A stretch of 64,000 nucleotides of DNA, taken from NCBI GenBank assembly GCA_038496445.1, contig JALMLS010000322.1:1-64000 (forward strand), written 5' to 3'. Positions within the stretch are counted from its first letter, which is position 1. Each line of letters begins with the position of its first letter. The translations under genes and the position numbers were made by a program. Below, one piece after another: positions 10,247 through 22,788 of the stretch. Source of the stretch: Trichosphaerium sp. ATCC 40318 (taxonomy: Eukaryota > Protista > Tubulinea). The notes under the pieces are model-generated. The model saw only the letters and a program-made list of their open reading frames with translations, did no database searches and was not told the origin of the DNA.

Positions 10247-11552
10247 AACTATCAAAAAAGGTAAGTCTTGTTCATTAAGTGAAAATAAACACTTTATGAA
10301 AAAAAATTACAACCTTCACAAAAACACCTCATAACTATACACCAGGCAATATAAATAGCTCATACTTCATACATAGTAAAACAAGATATATTAACATAAT
10401 ATACATCAGGTGCTACATATATGGTGATATACATGGCACATAATCAAGGCAACCCTAATGGGTAGGCCATAAAATGGCAAAAAATATTTATTTACTATCA
10501 TTATGCTGAATCACACTCTAGTTTTTATCACCATGTAAATATGGCTTTATAACCATGAGGTACATATATAATGGGATACTTGGTACAGCGGAGGGGGTTG
10601 GAGGCATTGGTGAACAGAGCAAAAAAAATGAATTTTTTACACATTTTCGGTAAAAAGTATTAATGTGGGTAGCACCATCTCATTCACCGAACAAAATATG
10701 TTTGGTATTTCCATGATGGCACAAACATCAATTTATTGAAAACCAAGTTTTGCAACTCTGAGATGGCCGCCATACACCATACACGATCCAAAGTGCAAAG
10801 CAACATTTTGGGCAAAAAATGACAGAAAACTAAAATGGCATGTAGGTAATATTTACATTTACCATGTTGCTATCCAAATACAACTATATGAGGCATGTAT
10901 AACAACTATGCCATATAGGATAAAAAATCACATGGTGTATGGTGGTGAGCGACCGAAAACCCCAAAAATGGCTCTGACTTTATGTATTTTGCAAATTTCG
11001 GATTGCATATATGCTGTCTCACCATTTTGATTGCATATTCATAATCTATGGCAAATTTGGTGACTAAAAACACGGTTTCACAATCATGAGATGATATGGC
11101 AAGGGGGGCCCTCATGCAAAAAGAAGTTGCTTAAAAATAAGTGATGAACACACATTCGAATCACTGAAAACCATGACCATCTATGACCAAATCGTTGCTT
11201 GCATCATGTAGTCAGATTATAAGCACATACAAAAAAGCTTTGTGGGGTGTTATAAGTGATTTTATAATGCCATTGTGTAAGCAATCCTTAGGCCAATGTG
11301 ATTTTGCCACTAAAAAGTGCTGAAAAGTGGTAAAAATGCTGCCGAAAACACTATCTCATTATGAAGGATACCTATGATAATTTTGATGCCATATTTGGCT
11401 TGCAACGGCCATTTAAAGGCTAGAAACATATTTCATATTTTCATGGGGAGTGCTTGAAGCCATATTTCCGCTCAGCTAGAGGGCTCATTTTCATTATAAC
11501 TTTAACCTTGTTTAGCTTTTAAGGTTATAATCCTAATTCTTATCAGTATTTA

Positions 11553-11711
11553 TTAGAGTTAGGCTTTCCTTGACTACTGTATATTAGGGCTAGAGTTAGG
11601 GTTACAACCTTAAATTTTATTCCCCTTATTAGGGTTATGAAATCAAGCTATTAGTTAGGGTTTAGGGTTAGGTTTGCAACCCTAATTAGAATTAGGGCTA
11701 GGGTTAATACC
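11553..11711 (+). repeat. Degenerate telomere-like TTAGGG cluster
   Basis: attagggctagagttagggtta (11583), ttagggtta (11629), gttagggtttagggttagg (11654), attagggctagggtta (11691). Confidence 0.7.
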
Positions 11712-11960
11712 TTTTAGGTCAAGTTTGTCTATTTTCTTTTTGCTTTATGTGTAAATGGCTAAATTACAACAATATTAGCCACATTTCTTAGAGTTTTATT
11801 GTACTTGTGATAACAGTTTTATTTTGCATTTAATTAGTGTTACAAACTAACATATGTTGTTTGTCTTTGCATAAATAATCTATCTTATTACTTTTTTAAT
11901 GTTTTGGAACAAAGTTGTTACCACTCTCCAGCATACACAATTTACAATTAACTTTTACAT

Positions 11961-13734
11961 TTATGTTGGTGGTTCATTTACAGAACTTGGGGGAACACTC
12001 GCTGCTGTTACAATGATGCCTTCCATCGGAGTACCACTTTCAGTCAAAACATTGTTGTCACTCTCATTGTCATTGTCCTCTTCCTCACCTTCTTGCAATC
12101 TTTCAGCAGGAGGCACCCATCGCATGGCAGACTGGTCTACAACACGTCTATTTGCATCAGTATAAGACAATAGTTTAAAGAGCAAAGGTACCTTTGATTC
12201 CACTTTGGATAATACTCGCGGCAACGTGTGTAAATAAGTGCAGGTTCAGCGTTTACAATAGGTTTACCACGGAAAAATTTGACAAGATCTAATTGACGCA
12301 GAGAAGCAATGATGTCGTCTTCCTTTATAGCTGTAATTTGAGAGAGTTCCTAGACGCAACATAAGCATACTAACCTGAAAAAAAGAAAAACCTATAAATA
12401 ATTACCTTTATCGACAATGTTGTTTGTTGTCCTAATACTTCAAGGATAGCTCCTTTCCAATAACTGTAGTATCCATGCTTTCCCAAATCTAACAACGCAA
12501 GTAAACTCATAGTTCATCATTGCTAATATCGTACCAGACAGAGGTCGCTCAGGTGAACCAATTCTGCCTTCCAATTTGGAAAGCTCATATGAAAAGCCTA
12601 TCATAAACGTTCCATAACCTTTTCTCTGGTATGGAGGGAGCACTAATATACAAGCAAGGTTGTTTTTGGAATCAGGGTCTCTTTCCTGCATCAACATATA
12701 TGTTAGCACGGTGATTTCAAACACACGTTCCACAACAAGTATGTTCTACAAACAAACAAAGCAAACAAAAAAAATCACGTGCCTTGGAGAAGTAACCGAC
12801 AATGCGTGACTTGCCATTTTCGGTCTCACAGAGTGCATAGAACCAAAAGTGTTCCACCGACCACACTAACATCTTACCATCCAAGAAAAGCTTTGAGAGG
12901 AGGCACAAGTTTTGGCAGTACAGCTTGTTCTTCGCGCCATCTACCTCGAAAACGGACAATCCATCTGCCCGATAAATTTCCTGACCTGGAGGCCGTGGAG
13001 GGCACTTGTGGCGCACCTTGGTTTTGTATTTTCGCATGTACTTTAGGCAATACTCGCAAACAAACAAGCTTTTGCATTCTCCATATTGCTTTGGGTACGG
13101 AGAATGGTACCATGTGTCAATGCAATAAGAACCCAATACAATCGTTTCTATATTCTTGAGGGGTGTGGCAGCTTTTTCCTCTTCAGGTTTATCGTATTCA
13201 TTAATATTTCGCTTTCGACTGCGTGTCATTATGCCGCGCTCATCTAATCACGTTAATAAAATGCACAAAACTAACCATGTAAACTATTTTACAACGTTTG
13301 GTGCGTACTTTGCTCGGTTTCGATAGCGCGAGGCAATCTCAGCCTGTCTGTTGTTACCCATTCATCTAACCGCCGGTTCGTGTTTGCGTAATGCACATAA
13401 TACTGTACCTCTACGGTTTAGGGAGTTAGATTGAAATAGAACGTTGAATTTTTAAAATATATACTTTAACGCCGTATTTACGCGAATTTGATAGCGCCAC
13501 AGCGGTTACCACCTCGTCAGAAAATGAAAGGGAATAAACAATTAAAAAAAAGTTACTAGCCGTTTTTTTTTGCTCAAAGTATTGCGTACGCCCAGACATT
13601 GTTCTTTTGAATCTAATAGTACAGTTATGGTACTCGTTATTGCGAAGACACTGCAAATTTGCTCCTATAACCAGATACTCTTCGCTAATCTCTGAGCCAT
13701 TATCGTAGCCGTCTCCGCTGGAGTCAGGCTCCAT
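11961..13734 (-). CDS. MYST-family histone acetyltransferase (MOF/Esa1/KAT8-like) with chromo-barrel domain
   Basis: [16 protein letters not shown] (chromo barrel, ~13340-13410), [11 protein letters not shown]2HC finger [57 protein letters not shown]; multi-exon. Confidence 0.95.
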
Positions 13735-13956
13735 CCTTCGTCACTGGGCTGATAATGTTACGTAGCCTTCAAAACGCCTATTAGCGCACACCGTAACAAG
13801 TTGAGGTGCTTGAAACAAAAAAGGAGGATGAAAATAAAGCCGCTTACAAACAAAAAAAAAACTTATCATCACAAAAACTTTGGAGACAACGCTTTGCTCA
13901 TGCGTCCAACTATTTATTCGGTTGGCTTTGTGTATTTTACAATTGCTCGTAGCGTA

Positions 13957-15990
13957 TCAGTCTTGCCACTTGCCTTGCTTGAAACCACGTGAAGCTAGTT
14001 GGAATGGCTTTTTCAAGTGTTCTCTCCTCTCCGCAATATCCGCTGTGAATGATGAGTGCTTGGCGCAGTAGCCCTTAAAGTAAACATGTAAGATTTGCAC
14101 AAGTATCCCGAAATTATGTGAGCACCTGTAATCCCATAAAGAAGTGAGCTATAACGTATCAACGAAAGGGAGTACACGTAATTCTAAGGTACCCTTCACA
14201 CATATCAGCTTGTCTATAATCCCAGAGGTACCAGAATCAGCACGGAGACGCGGTGGTAAATCGCCCAAGGTCATATTATACTACATGCAAAACATGTGGC
14301 TTTAACAGTGAAAAAACAAAGAGATGAAAGTATTACCATGACTGGTTTAAGCTCATCAACAAAGAATTTGTACACAGGTATTAGAGATGCACTTTTGTGA
14401 CTAGTAAGCATTTAGCTTTTTGTAGATTGCCATTTGAAACGCACTATGAGGCACTCTTCTGGTACGGTACATCTGACATATCGCTCGCAAAAAATACACG
14501 TGCAATACCCAGTTCCTTGATTCATTATGTCAATAGTATCAGCAAACAATATCAAACATACCTCCATCTTAGCACGAATTTCGTGTAAAAAATATTTCGC
14601 ACATTTCATCATGTCATTTTTCACTTTTTCGGTTCGCCAATGCACTGCCAAGAATGGCTCCGGAAGGGCCTTGGAAATAAATTGATCCGCTTCTGATGTG
14701 AGTATTGGTGAAAATCCCAGCCTGGGCAATGACACATGCTCAGATGTGTAGCTTTTTGCACGATAAATGTAACCTTGGTAAAACAATGACCCTTCTATTG
14801 AAAGAACACTCAGCTGTACCTATGCTACTCTCGTCACGAAAGTTTGAGTTTAGTTCGTTCACTATTTGAGTAAGAAAAAACGAAATCAATAAGAAGCATT
14901 GAACCTGCATGAGTAATAGACAACCGATCTTTTGGCAAGCATCTAACGCGCTCAAACACCCATCTCTATAAGCAGTAAATTCTAAAAGATTCTAGCCAAC
15001 TGAGCATCACCTTGTCTAACTGGCCATTAGATAGTGGTATTGATGGTCACATACCATAGTGTTTATGCCTAACAGGTTCATCTGTTGATGTACATTGCTC
15101 TCGTTTTCGTTCCCTGAAAACGCAATCAGTTATCCAGAAATTATTATTAATCTAACCTTATAAATGCTACAGAGACGCTTAGACCATCATTACGCTGCTT
15201 GAAAAGTTCAAATGAAACGGTTGAGAGATTCTCATTCTGCAGTAATAACATTGTTTAAGATCAATAAGAAATGATTTAGGTGTCTACCTTGATTACCGCC
15301 TCAATATCAAAGTAGTCACCAATATACAACTCATGACGAGTAGCCCTTTTGTTTTATAACATGTGATTACCATGTACACCAAACACGTGGGAACCTTAAA
15401 GCGTACCTTAGACCTACAGAGCCAAATAAATTAGCTTGCAAAAACTAGGTTGTATTTGCTAACCAATACCAGAGACGCCAACTTTGGGCAATACCAAAGT
15501 TCTTTGTGTATGAATGGCAATATACATTAACTCACTGACCAATATGTCAAAATCTACAACATTGCAAAAGGTGTTACTTACCGGAATGCCATAGTAGCCT
15601 ACTGTAATAATAAGTAAAACTACAACTACCAGTTTCGCACTTTTGTAAGCTGTTCTCTGATGATAATAGGCACCAAAAACCGTTCAAAAGGTTTAGGAGT
15701 CACCGTAACAACTGCTTGAGGTAGTACAGGTTTTGTGGGCGGAAGCATCGATTTTCTACGAGAAGAGTCTTCTCTGCGCGTCTGATGAACGTACTATATT
15801 GAGTTAACAACAATCATGCTTTTTTTATTGAAATTGAGCGTACTTCGTTAGATAAGTTGTCGGGATCCAACCGAGTATGCAATGATGCTTTGTACTCGAT
15901 GATGTACGAGGAAAAGAACGCAGATACGCTGAGAAAAGCAATAACACCAAGCATCATTACTTTGAAATCAACTACGGCCTTACTCCTCAT
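13957..15990 (-). CDS. GDP-fucose protein O-fucosyltransferase-like glycosyltransferase (type II membrane)
   Basis: N-terminal TM (MMLGVIAFLSVSAFF), 'ELMYIAIHTQRTLVLPK', 'GDYFDIEAV', 'PFLAVHWRTEK', 'IIDKLIC', 'HSSFTADI'; many short introns. Confidence 0.7.
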
Positions 15991-16033
15991 AAGAAGACGG
16001 ACTCAACTACGAAAACATAAGTAGAGCCACAAA

Positions 16034-16043
16034 TCACGTGACT
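16034..16043. promoter_or_regulatory. TCACGTGA E-box-like palindrome between divergent genes
   Basis: Located upstream of both the glycosyltransferase and Rab7-like starts. The same motif lies upstream of the kinase gene (~54366), and TCACGTG lies at ~52630, but it also occurs in introns. Confidence 0.3.
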
Positions 16044-16243
16044 CAGCCTCTTATCGTACAATATGGTTACCACGATGCGAGAAACAATACTGTCAGGTGT
16101 ACAACGCGTTAGTCTGGTTTTTTTTTTTTTGGCTTTATTTTTTTTGTTGTTTGACCAACAAGAGAAAAGGGTCGAACAACAAAAAAAAAAAGTGGCTGGT
16201 TTTAATTTAAAAAACGCTTGATGCCAACTGGCTTGCGTACTGT

Positions 16244-17435
16244 ATGAACAATCCTTTATTAAAAGTGGTTATACTTGGAGACAGCGGGTATGACACGCTT
16301 TTTTCGTTTCATTTAGTTTGTGCTGTACTTACACGTTCGCCAGTGTCGGAAAAACAGCGCTGCTCGATAGGTACGCTAACAATGATCCTTTCGGCCCCTT
16401 TTAGGTTTTCATTGTTGTTTTTAATGTTCGTTAGGTATGTAAACAAGTTCTTTCGCAACAGATACAAAGCCACTATCGGCGCAGACTTCGTTACAAAGGA
16501 AACAGAGGTGGAAAAAGGAAAATTCCTTACCCTACAAATATGGTACGCATTAAAATACTAATACGTGAATATTCGTCCAAATCTACGAAATGCCATAGTT
16601 TATTTTACTAATTTCTGGTGTTGTACTCATACGACACCCAAAATTTGATCTTAATACGAGTCTTTCTCACAATTTTTTGTAGGGACACTGCTGGTACGTT
16701 ACTGTCAAATGGTCAAGGCTCTATCTTTTTTTCTTTTTTTTTTTGTTGAACACAAATACACGCATGATATTCATTCTTCATCCCAAGGCCAAGAGCGTTT
16801 CAATTCTCTAGGAAACCATTTTTACAGGGGCGCTGATTGCTGTATTTTTGTGTTCGATGTCACAAAACCTACAACACTTCATAGTCTGACGGTGTGGAAG
16901 AAAGAATTTGAATTACAAGTGCGTTGACGTGCGCCCTGACATGTTTTTGACGGGGTTTTTTTTTTTGCAATGTATTGTAGATGCAATCAATTAATACTTG
17001 TAGTCACGCGCAGATTCGCCCACGTTTATATGTTTGGGAAACAAGGTTGATTTAGAGGGCGATAGACAGGTAGCATACCTTTTTTAATTGCTACAATTCA
17101 CACTTTGTGGCAGATATCCAATTCGGCAGCGCGAGAATGGTGCACTTCAACACAAGTCCCTTATTATTTTGAAACAAGTGCCAAGAATGGAGATAATGTT
17201 GAAAAGGCTTTCCAGACAGCTGCTACATCTAGATACCATCGCTATCAAAGCACAGGTTACAAGAAAGAGAGGTACCTTACAAAACGAAATATTACTTTTT
17301 TTTTTACCAGCATTTGGCTGGTTTTTTTGCTTACAAATTACTCACTGAGCGTAGCCAACAAGTCATTGGCGATGCTGCGGAACAAGTAGATCTCACACAA
17401 GCCACACACCAAGAGAAAACCTGCTGTGCAAGATG
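16244..17435 (+). CDS. Rab7-like small GTPase
   Basis: [58 protein letters not shown]-terminal CCAR prenylation motif. Includes an 11-nt microexon at 16683-16693. Confidence 0.92.
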
Positions 17436-17567
17436 AAAAAGTTTTTTTTTACTTGCTTTTTTTTTAGATGAAAAAACTTTGTGTATTTGTTGCCAGGGGC
17501 AACTTTGTTGTGAAAAATACATTCTCTAAAATATAATTTACACCGCTACAAAAAGTTAAAAAAACAC

Positions 17568-19945
17568 TTATTTTTTATTTCTTCTGTTGTACACTCTATT
17601 CACTGGACTGTTCGATTGCGTCTGTGCAGCACGCATCCCACCATAGCATAAGCAATTCTTATTAAAATGATAATCACCATCGTACCAAAGAACATAAAGA
17701 TGCACAGCAAAGTATTGAATAATTCTAAACGTGAAATAGTTAGAGTGGGAAAAGTACAGCTTTGAAATAAAGTGCTGTGCCAAGGTTACCTGGTGATGTC
17801 TTTTCTGGATGGAACACTGTGAAGATCACGATTGAAGCTACAGCAGCGGTTATTTTCAAAACTGTTCAACCTTTTAATTCGCACCAATTACTATCACTAC
17901 AGGAAGTACTGAAAGTGCAATAGTTAACCATAAGCCCTTGGCACTATTTGTGAGTCGCTTTGTGATCACTGTGAGCGCTCTTTTCATCACTAAGCGCCGT
18001 TATGCTTTGTTAATGTTTTTGTGAAGAAAAATCTAAGGGAAAAAGACACTGGTTCATACCTGGAGGGATAGCCAGCGCAGCACTTGCCATTACAATAATT
18101 TGTACTATCAGCGAAGTCACGCCAGCTGTTTCATAATACCAACTAAAACTACTCTAACAGAGGTTAGTAGTTAATACATTTTACGAGCAAACAACTGATA
18201 CCTCTTGTATTGTGAGCTCAATTTGTCTTCTTGCTACATCTCGCAGTGGAGGATATTTCATCTCAACCCAAAAAACACCTTGAGATATGATTTCTCTGTG
18301 AAGGGTGCGATCAAAAATGTACGATACCGGCTAGAGAAGTGTCACTAAATCTTTCTGTAACGGAAAAAAAAACGTACTGAGAAATGTATTCTGCGAAACA
18401 TACCAACCAGTGCTGTGCCATCGTTATCTTGAAAAGTATCGAGACATTGTGCATATGATTTGTACAGGTAATTCGATACCTTAGATTGCATCTGGTATCT
18501 CGCAAACGTGAAAATATCTTCAGCACGGCCATTGCTAATAGCAAAATGAGTTTTTTTTACAAAACAAAATTTTGACACATTGTGACACTTACTGTCTGTG
18601 AAAATTGCTGTCATAAGCCAACGACGACGAAATTAAGTATACACTAACATTTCCAATGCGCTCCATGTCAAACAGCAACTGCCGTTCCAGTGTACGAATA
18701 TTACTGCGATCGTCATAGAGGACTGCAACCGATTCCCAAGTCAAGTGGCAGTACGTTGCGCCAGTCTGTGTTTTGAAAGCGATACAGATTGGATCTATCT
18801 TCGTTTTGTTATCAAGCCGAATATCAAACGATTTATTGGCACAATATGAAACCCTTGGCTATCCATTAAATAAAAAAAAGGCGCAAAGGCATGTGGCACA
18901 ACCAAAACAAAGGGGGTGGTACGTACTCACAATTTTTTATCAACACTTGAATGTTGAGCTTTGGTTGGTGTGGGTTATTTCTATATTCAATGTGACTTTT
19001 TGCGGCTTCCTGAAGGAAATGGAATTTAGCCTCGTTGTATTCAATTTTTTTTGTTTTGAACATACCATGTGGGGTACGAGCATATTATTCCTTGGATCTG
19101 TATACCTTGAAAAAGGCTTAGTGTTAAAAAATACCAAACTACATCCTGGGTTCGTCAAAACACAAGAACTATTCATTAAAAGACTGCGTACAACAGTGTG
19201 GAATAAACGGCAGCTGCCAGGAAAAGCACAAATGCAAACAAAGTTATCCAACCTGCAATAACAGAGCGTCTTTGCTTTGTCCTTATTTTTGGGCCTGTTG
19301 TACGGGAAACAGCATCATCAACGTCGTTGACATTATTATAATTACCCAAATCTACAATGTAATTTTAGTTTTACATTTCAAGCGCTCACCTCAATTACCT
19401 AAAAAGCTCTCTAATTGCTCTTCTTGGACCCAATAACTCGATGGCTTCAAGTCCTAAAGGACAATGAACATTCCCAAGCAGATTATAAGGTTCGGCACGT
19501 ACTAGATACGAAATCAAGCGCTCAATCCAACGCTTCCATTCAGAATCGCAAGGAAGTGTAACAATAATGAGAACAAAACAAGCTATCAGCACCTGTGGTT
19601 CAAAAAAAAATGTCAAACCTCAGCTTTTTTTTTGCATTACGTACTGGTACAAGGAGAACTGGCGCCCACTGCAATGAAAAAGTGTACAAGCTTTACATAA
19701 ATGTTAGCCACGCCAAGCGCGTGTTTCAAGACATACTTGACGTTTTTTGCCTCAAGGCTTGTGTTACAAACGTAATCACCTAAGGAATCGTCCCAACTCG
19801 CATAGTCAGTAATGCTGGCAAATGAACCTGATTTGTAGGTCAGTATTTTTTGGAAATGAGTACAAATTGCAATTGTCAAGCTATAATCTGTTGTCGCACC
19901 ACCACAATGTTGGAAGTCTTTGCCAACGCAATAGACAATGTCCAT
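17568..19945 (-). CDS. Uncharacterised multi-pass membrane protein (boundaries uncertain)
   Basis: Series of GT-AG bounded exons encoding hydrophobic segments (VLIACFVLIIVTL; WITLFAFVLFLAAAVY; SLIVQIIVMASAALAI) separated by a long soluble region. Confidence 0.4.
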
Positions 19946-20127
19946 GATTCGTTTGGTGGGCAAGCTTTATGCCATTATGGTTGGTGGCGTGTATAAGGAA
20001 TATTACCTGGCTAAATAAATGGTTTGAGGCTTTGTGTTGACTTTTTTTGTGGTTTTTTTTATATCCAGCGTGTAATTTCCTTTACTGACCGAACACGCCG
20101 CTTGTGCTGGTAACTGAAACTACAACA

Positions 20128-20567
20128 ATGGCAAGCAAAGACAATGAGGCCGTAATCAAGAGCGCTGACATGACTGACGAGATGATCACGTTTGCTATTG
20201 CTGCTACAAAGGATGCCTTCAAAAAAGAAGACGTGGAAAGGAACATGTGCGTGTATAAAGAAATATAACACTCCACATTCTAAATTAAATATTGCAGAGC
20301 AATGCATATTAAAAAGGCGTTTGATACACGTTTCGGAGGCACCTGGTACCCTTTTTAAAGAAAATCGCGCAACGTGACATCTTTTCTCATTAAAAAGCTT
20401 TTAAATACCATAAAAACGCCACAACCCAATATTTTCAGCGACTAATCGATTATTTTAGGCACGTTATCGTGGGGAAGGATTATGGCAGTTACGTAAGCCA
20501 TGAAACGAAGAACTTTCTCTACTTCTACCTTGGTGAGTACGCGATGCTTATTTTCAAAGCTGGTTGA
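20128..20567 (+). CDS. Dynein light chain LC8-type (DYNLL/DLC1 family)
   Basis: Three exons: [12 protein letters not shown]...[52 protein letters not shown]. Confidence 0.95.
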
Positions 20568-20790
20568 TCACCCAAAACGCGAGATTAAATGTAGTATAAA
20601 AATGATAGTGTAATAAACCTCAATTAATACCAAAGGGGCCCTGTTGGCTTTAGTTTTAGTTTGAATCCATCATTTTGACTGGCGCAATCAGAATGTCGTC
20701 CAAAATTTTGGCAATAAGTCATTTGCCTTTTTTAACTATTTGATTAGTTATCGTCGCCATTACAAGTGCTGTCACGCACACGTCCAAAGT

Positions 20791-22555
20791 ATGTCTTTAT
20801 TTTCAAGTCAGGACAGAAGCAATGACGCGGCCGTTACGTCAACAGAAGGTAGTCCCTCGTATTACGCACTAAACGCGTTAATGGCCTATTTAGAGAAGTT
20901 TACACGCTTTAAAGCCGAACAAAAAGCCACTCGAGACAAGGTGACCTTTCTTCGAGCCCCTGTAACTACCATACGACTGTTCTGTTCTGTACTGCGTGGT
21001 ATGCAACGTTTGGCTCACTTTTGAAAAGTAGAGTTACCATACCACGTCACTCTTCTCAGTAGCCACTAATACGCCGTTAGAGTGGATAGGACTACTATTC
21101 GCATGGCTTTGGACGCATATTGTAGCTACTGTAATATTGGTATCTGTAGTAATTGCATTTGGGATTGCAACCAACATAGATGGCCCTCACCAAGAAGTAA
21201 TGACATTTGTACGAATTGTTTGCTCTAACAACGTTTTTTTGTAGTTTGTTGAGCCAGTGCGTTTCTGGCTTATCCTTGGCTCATGGTGGATAATGTTGGG
21301 TGTAGCCTCATCCGTCGGTTTAGGTGCGTAACGTGTCTGTTAGTGATCACGTGCTGATTACTTTCAACAGGAACTGGCTTGCACACGTTCCTGATTTACC
21401 TTGGACCATACATTGCGCAGGTGAGTTACAACCGAAGTGCTATTCTAGTACTCACTAATTGTTTTAAAAGGTGACTTTAGCAGCTACGACCTGCAACACA
21501 TTAGATTTCGATACTTGGGGCCCAGATAGGTAACGTGGCAGCCTTATAAACAAAATTGGTCTAAATATTGCATTCTAGATTGCGATGTGTAGCAAGTACT
21601 GACGAGTCTATGCAAGTGTCTTGGCTAGACATTGTCGGGAAGATTTGGATTGAAGCATTTTTATGGGGTGCTGGCACTGCCCTTGGTGAGCTACCACCAT
21701 ATTTTGTAGCCAGGCAAGGTAATATAAAGTAATTTGTTATCTTGCTAATAACGCTTGAAGCTCGTTTGGCTGAGAAGCGACTACAAGAATTGGAGGAGCT
21801 TGAAGGTATTGATAACGAAGCAAGGAACTCAAAGCTGAGCTCTTATGGCAAAGTAGTGATCTACGTCAAATCTCTTGTTGTACAGTACGTAGCTTATTCT
21901 TCTTTTTATCTTTGTACTCAGCTTTAATCCTAGTATACTTGGTAATCTTGGCTTCTTTGGTATTTTGCTATTCGCTGCAATTCCAAATCCACTGTTTGAC
22001 CTTGCTGGTCTTACATCAGGTAAAGACCTAAACATATTAAACAAATCGCTGACACTCTTTGGAAGGTCATTGTCTTGTACCGTTCTGGACTTTCTTCATT
22101 GCCACATTTATAGGCAAGGCAGTTATCAAAGTATCCATACAAGTAAGGACAACATGATAACACATAGTTTTTACATACTGATTACTTTCAAAGTGTGGAT
22201 TCTTTGTATTGGTGTTCCGCAAGGAATTTTTACAGACTCAAATAGTGCTTATTGAAAAATGGTTGCCTGTGAAAGTAGACTTACAGAAAAAACTGGAAGA
22301 CATACAAGCAACATTCTTGCGAGACCCAGGGACGCCAATAGAAACAAAAGCGGTACAGTAACCCTGTGTTGTTTGAACAGTCTTCTCACTACCTTTTCTA
22401 TAGAAACCTCTGATAGGTCGTCTTTGGGAGTACTTTATTATTGCCATGGTTTCATATTTTATTATATCCGTCATAGAGTCATCAGTGCAAGAACTGCTTA
22501 TTCGGAGAGACGAAGAAAAGTTCGAAGAGTTCAAGAAGAAATTGGAAGACAGTAA
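20791..22555 (+). CDS. VMP1: Vacuole membrane protein 1 (DedA/VTT domain)
   Basis: [73 protein letters not shown]. Confidence 0.93.
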
Positions 22556-22788
22556 GACTGAATAAAAAAAATGAATCCTTTTGTAGGTTTACAACAAATA
22601 AAACCTCATGTACAGAAAGAAATAACAATCTCTTTACAAATACGTACTATGCATGTCACAAGATTTATTCTCTGACTATTGAAAATATCCTGTCTTGATG
22701 TACCCTAACTCTCCAACCCTGTATTTGTTGAGTTCGAAAACACCATTTCATTAGATCAAACAATGATTTACAATAACTTGATGTTTAT

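Noticed and set aside
10906-11115. 69-aa ORF inside the telomere-bracketed segment
   Set aside because: No recognisable motif or splice context; length is expected by chance.
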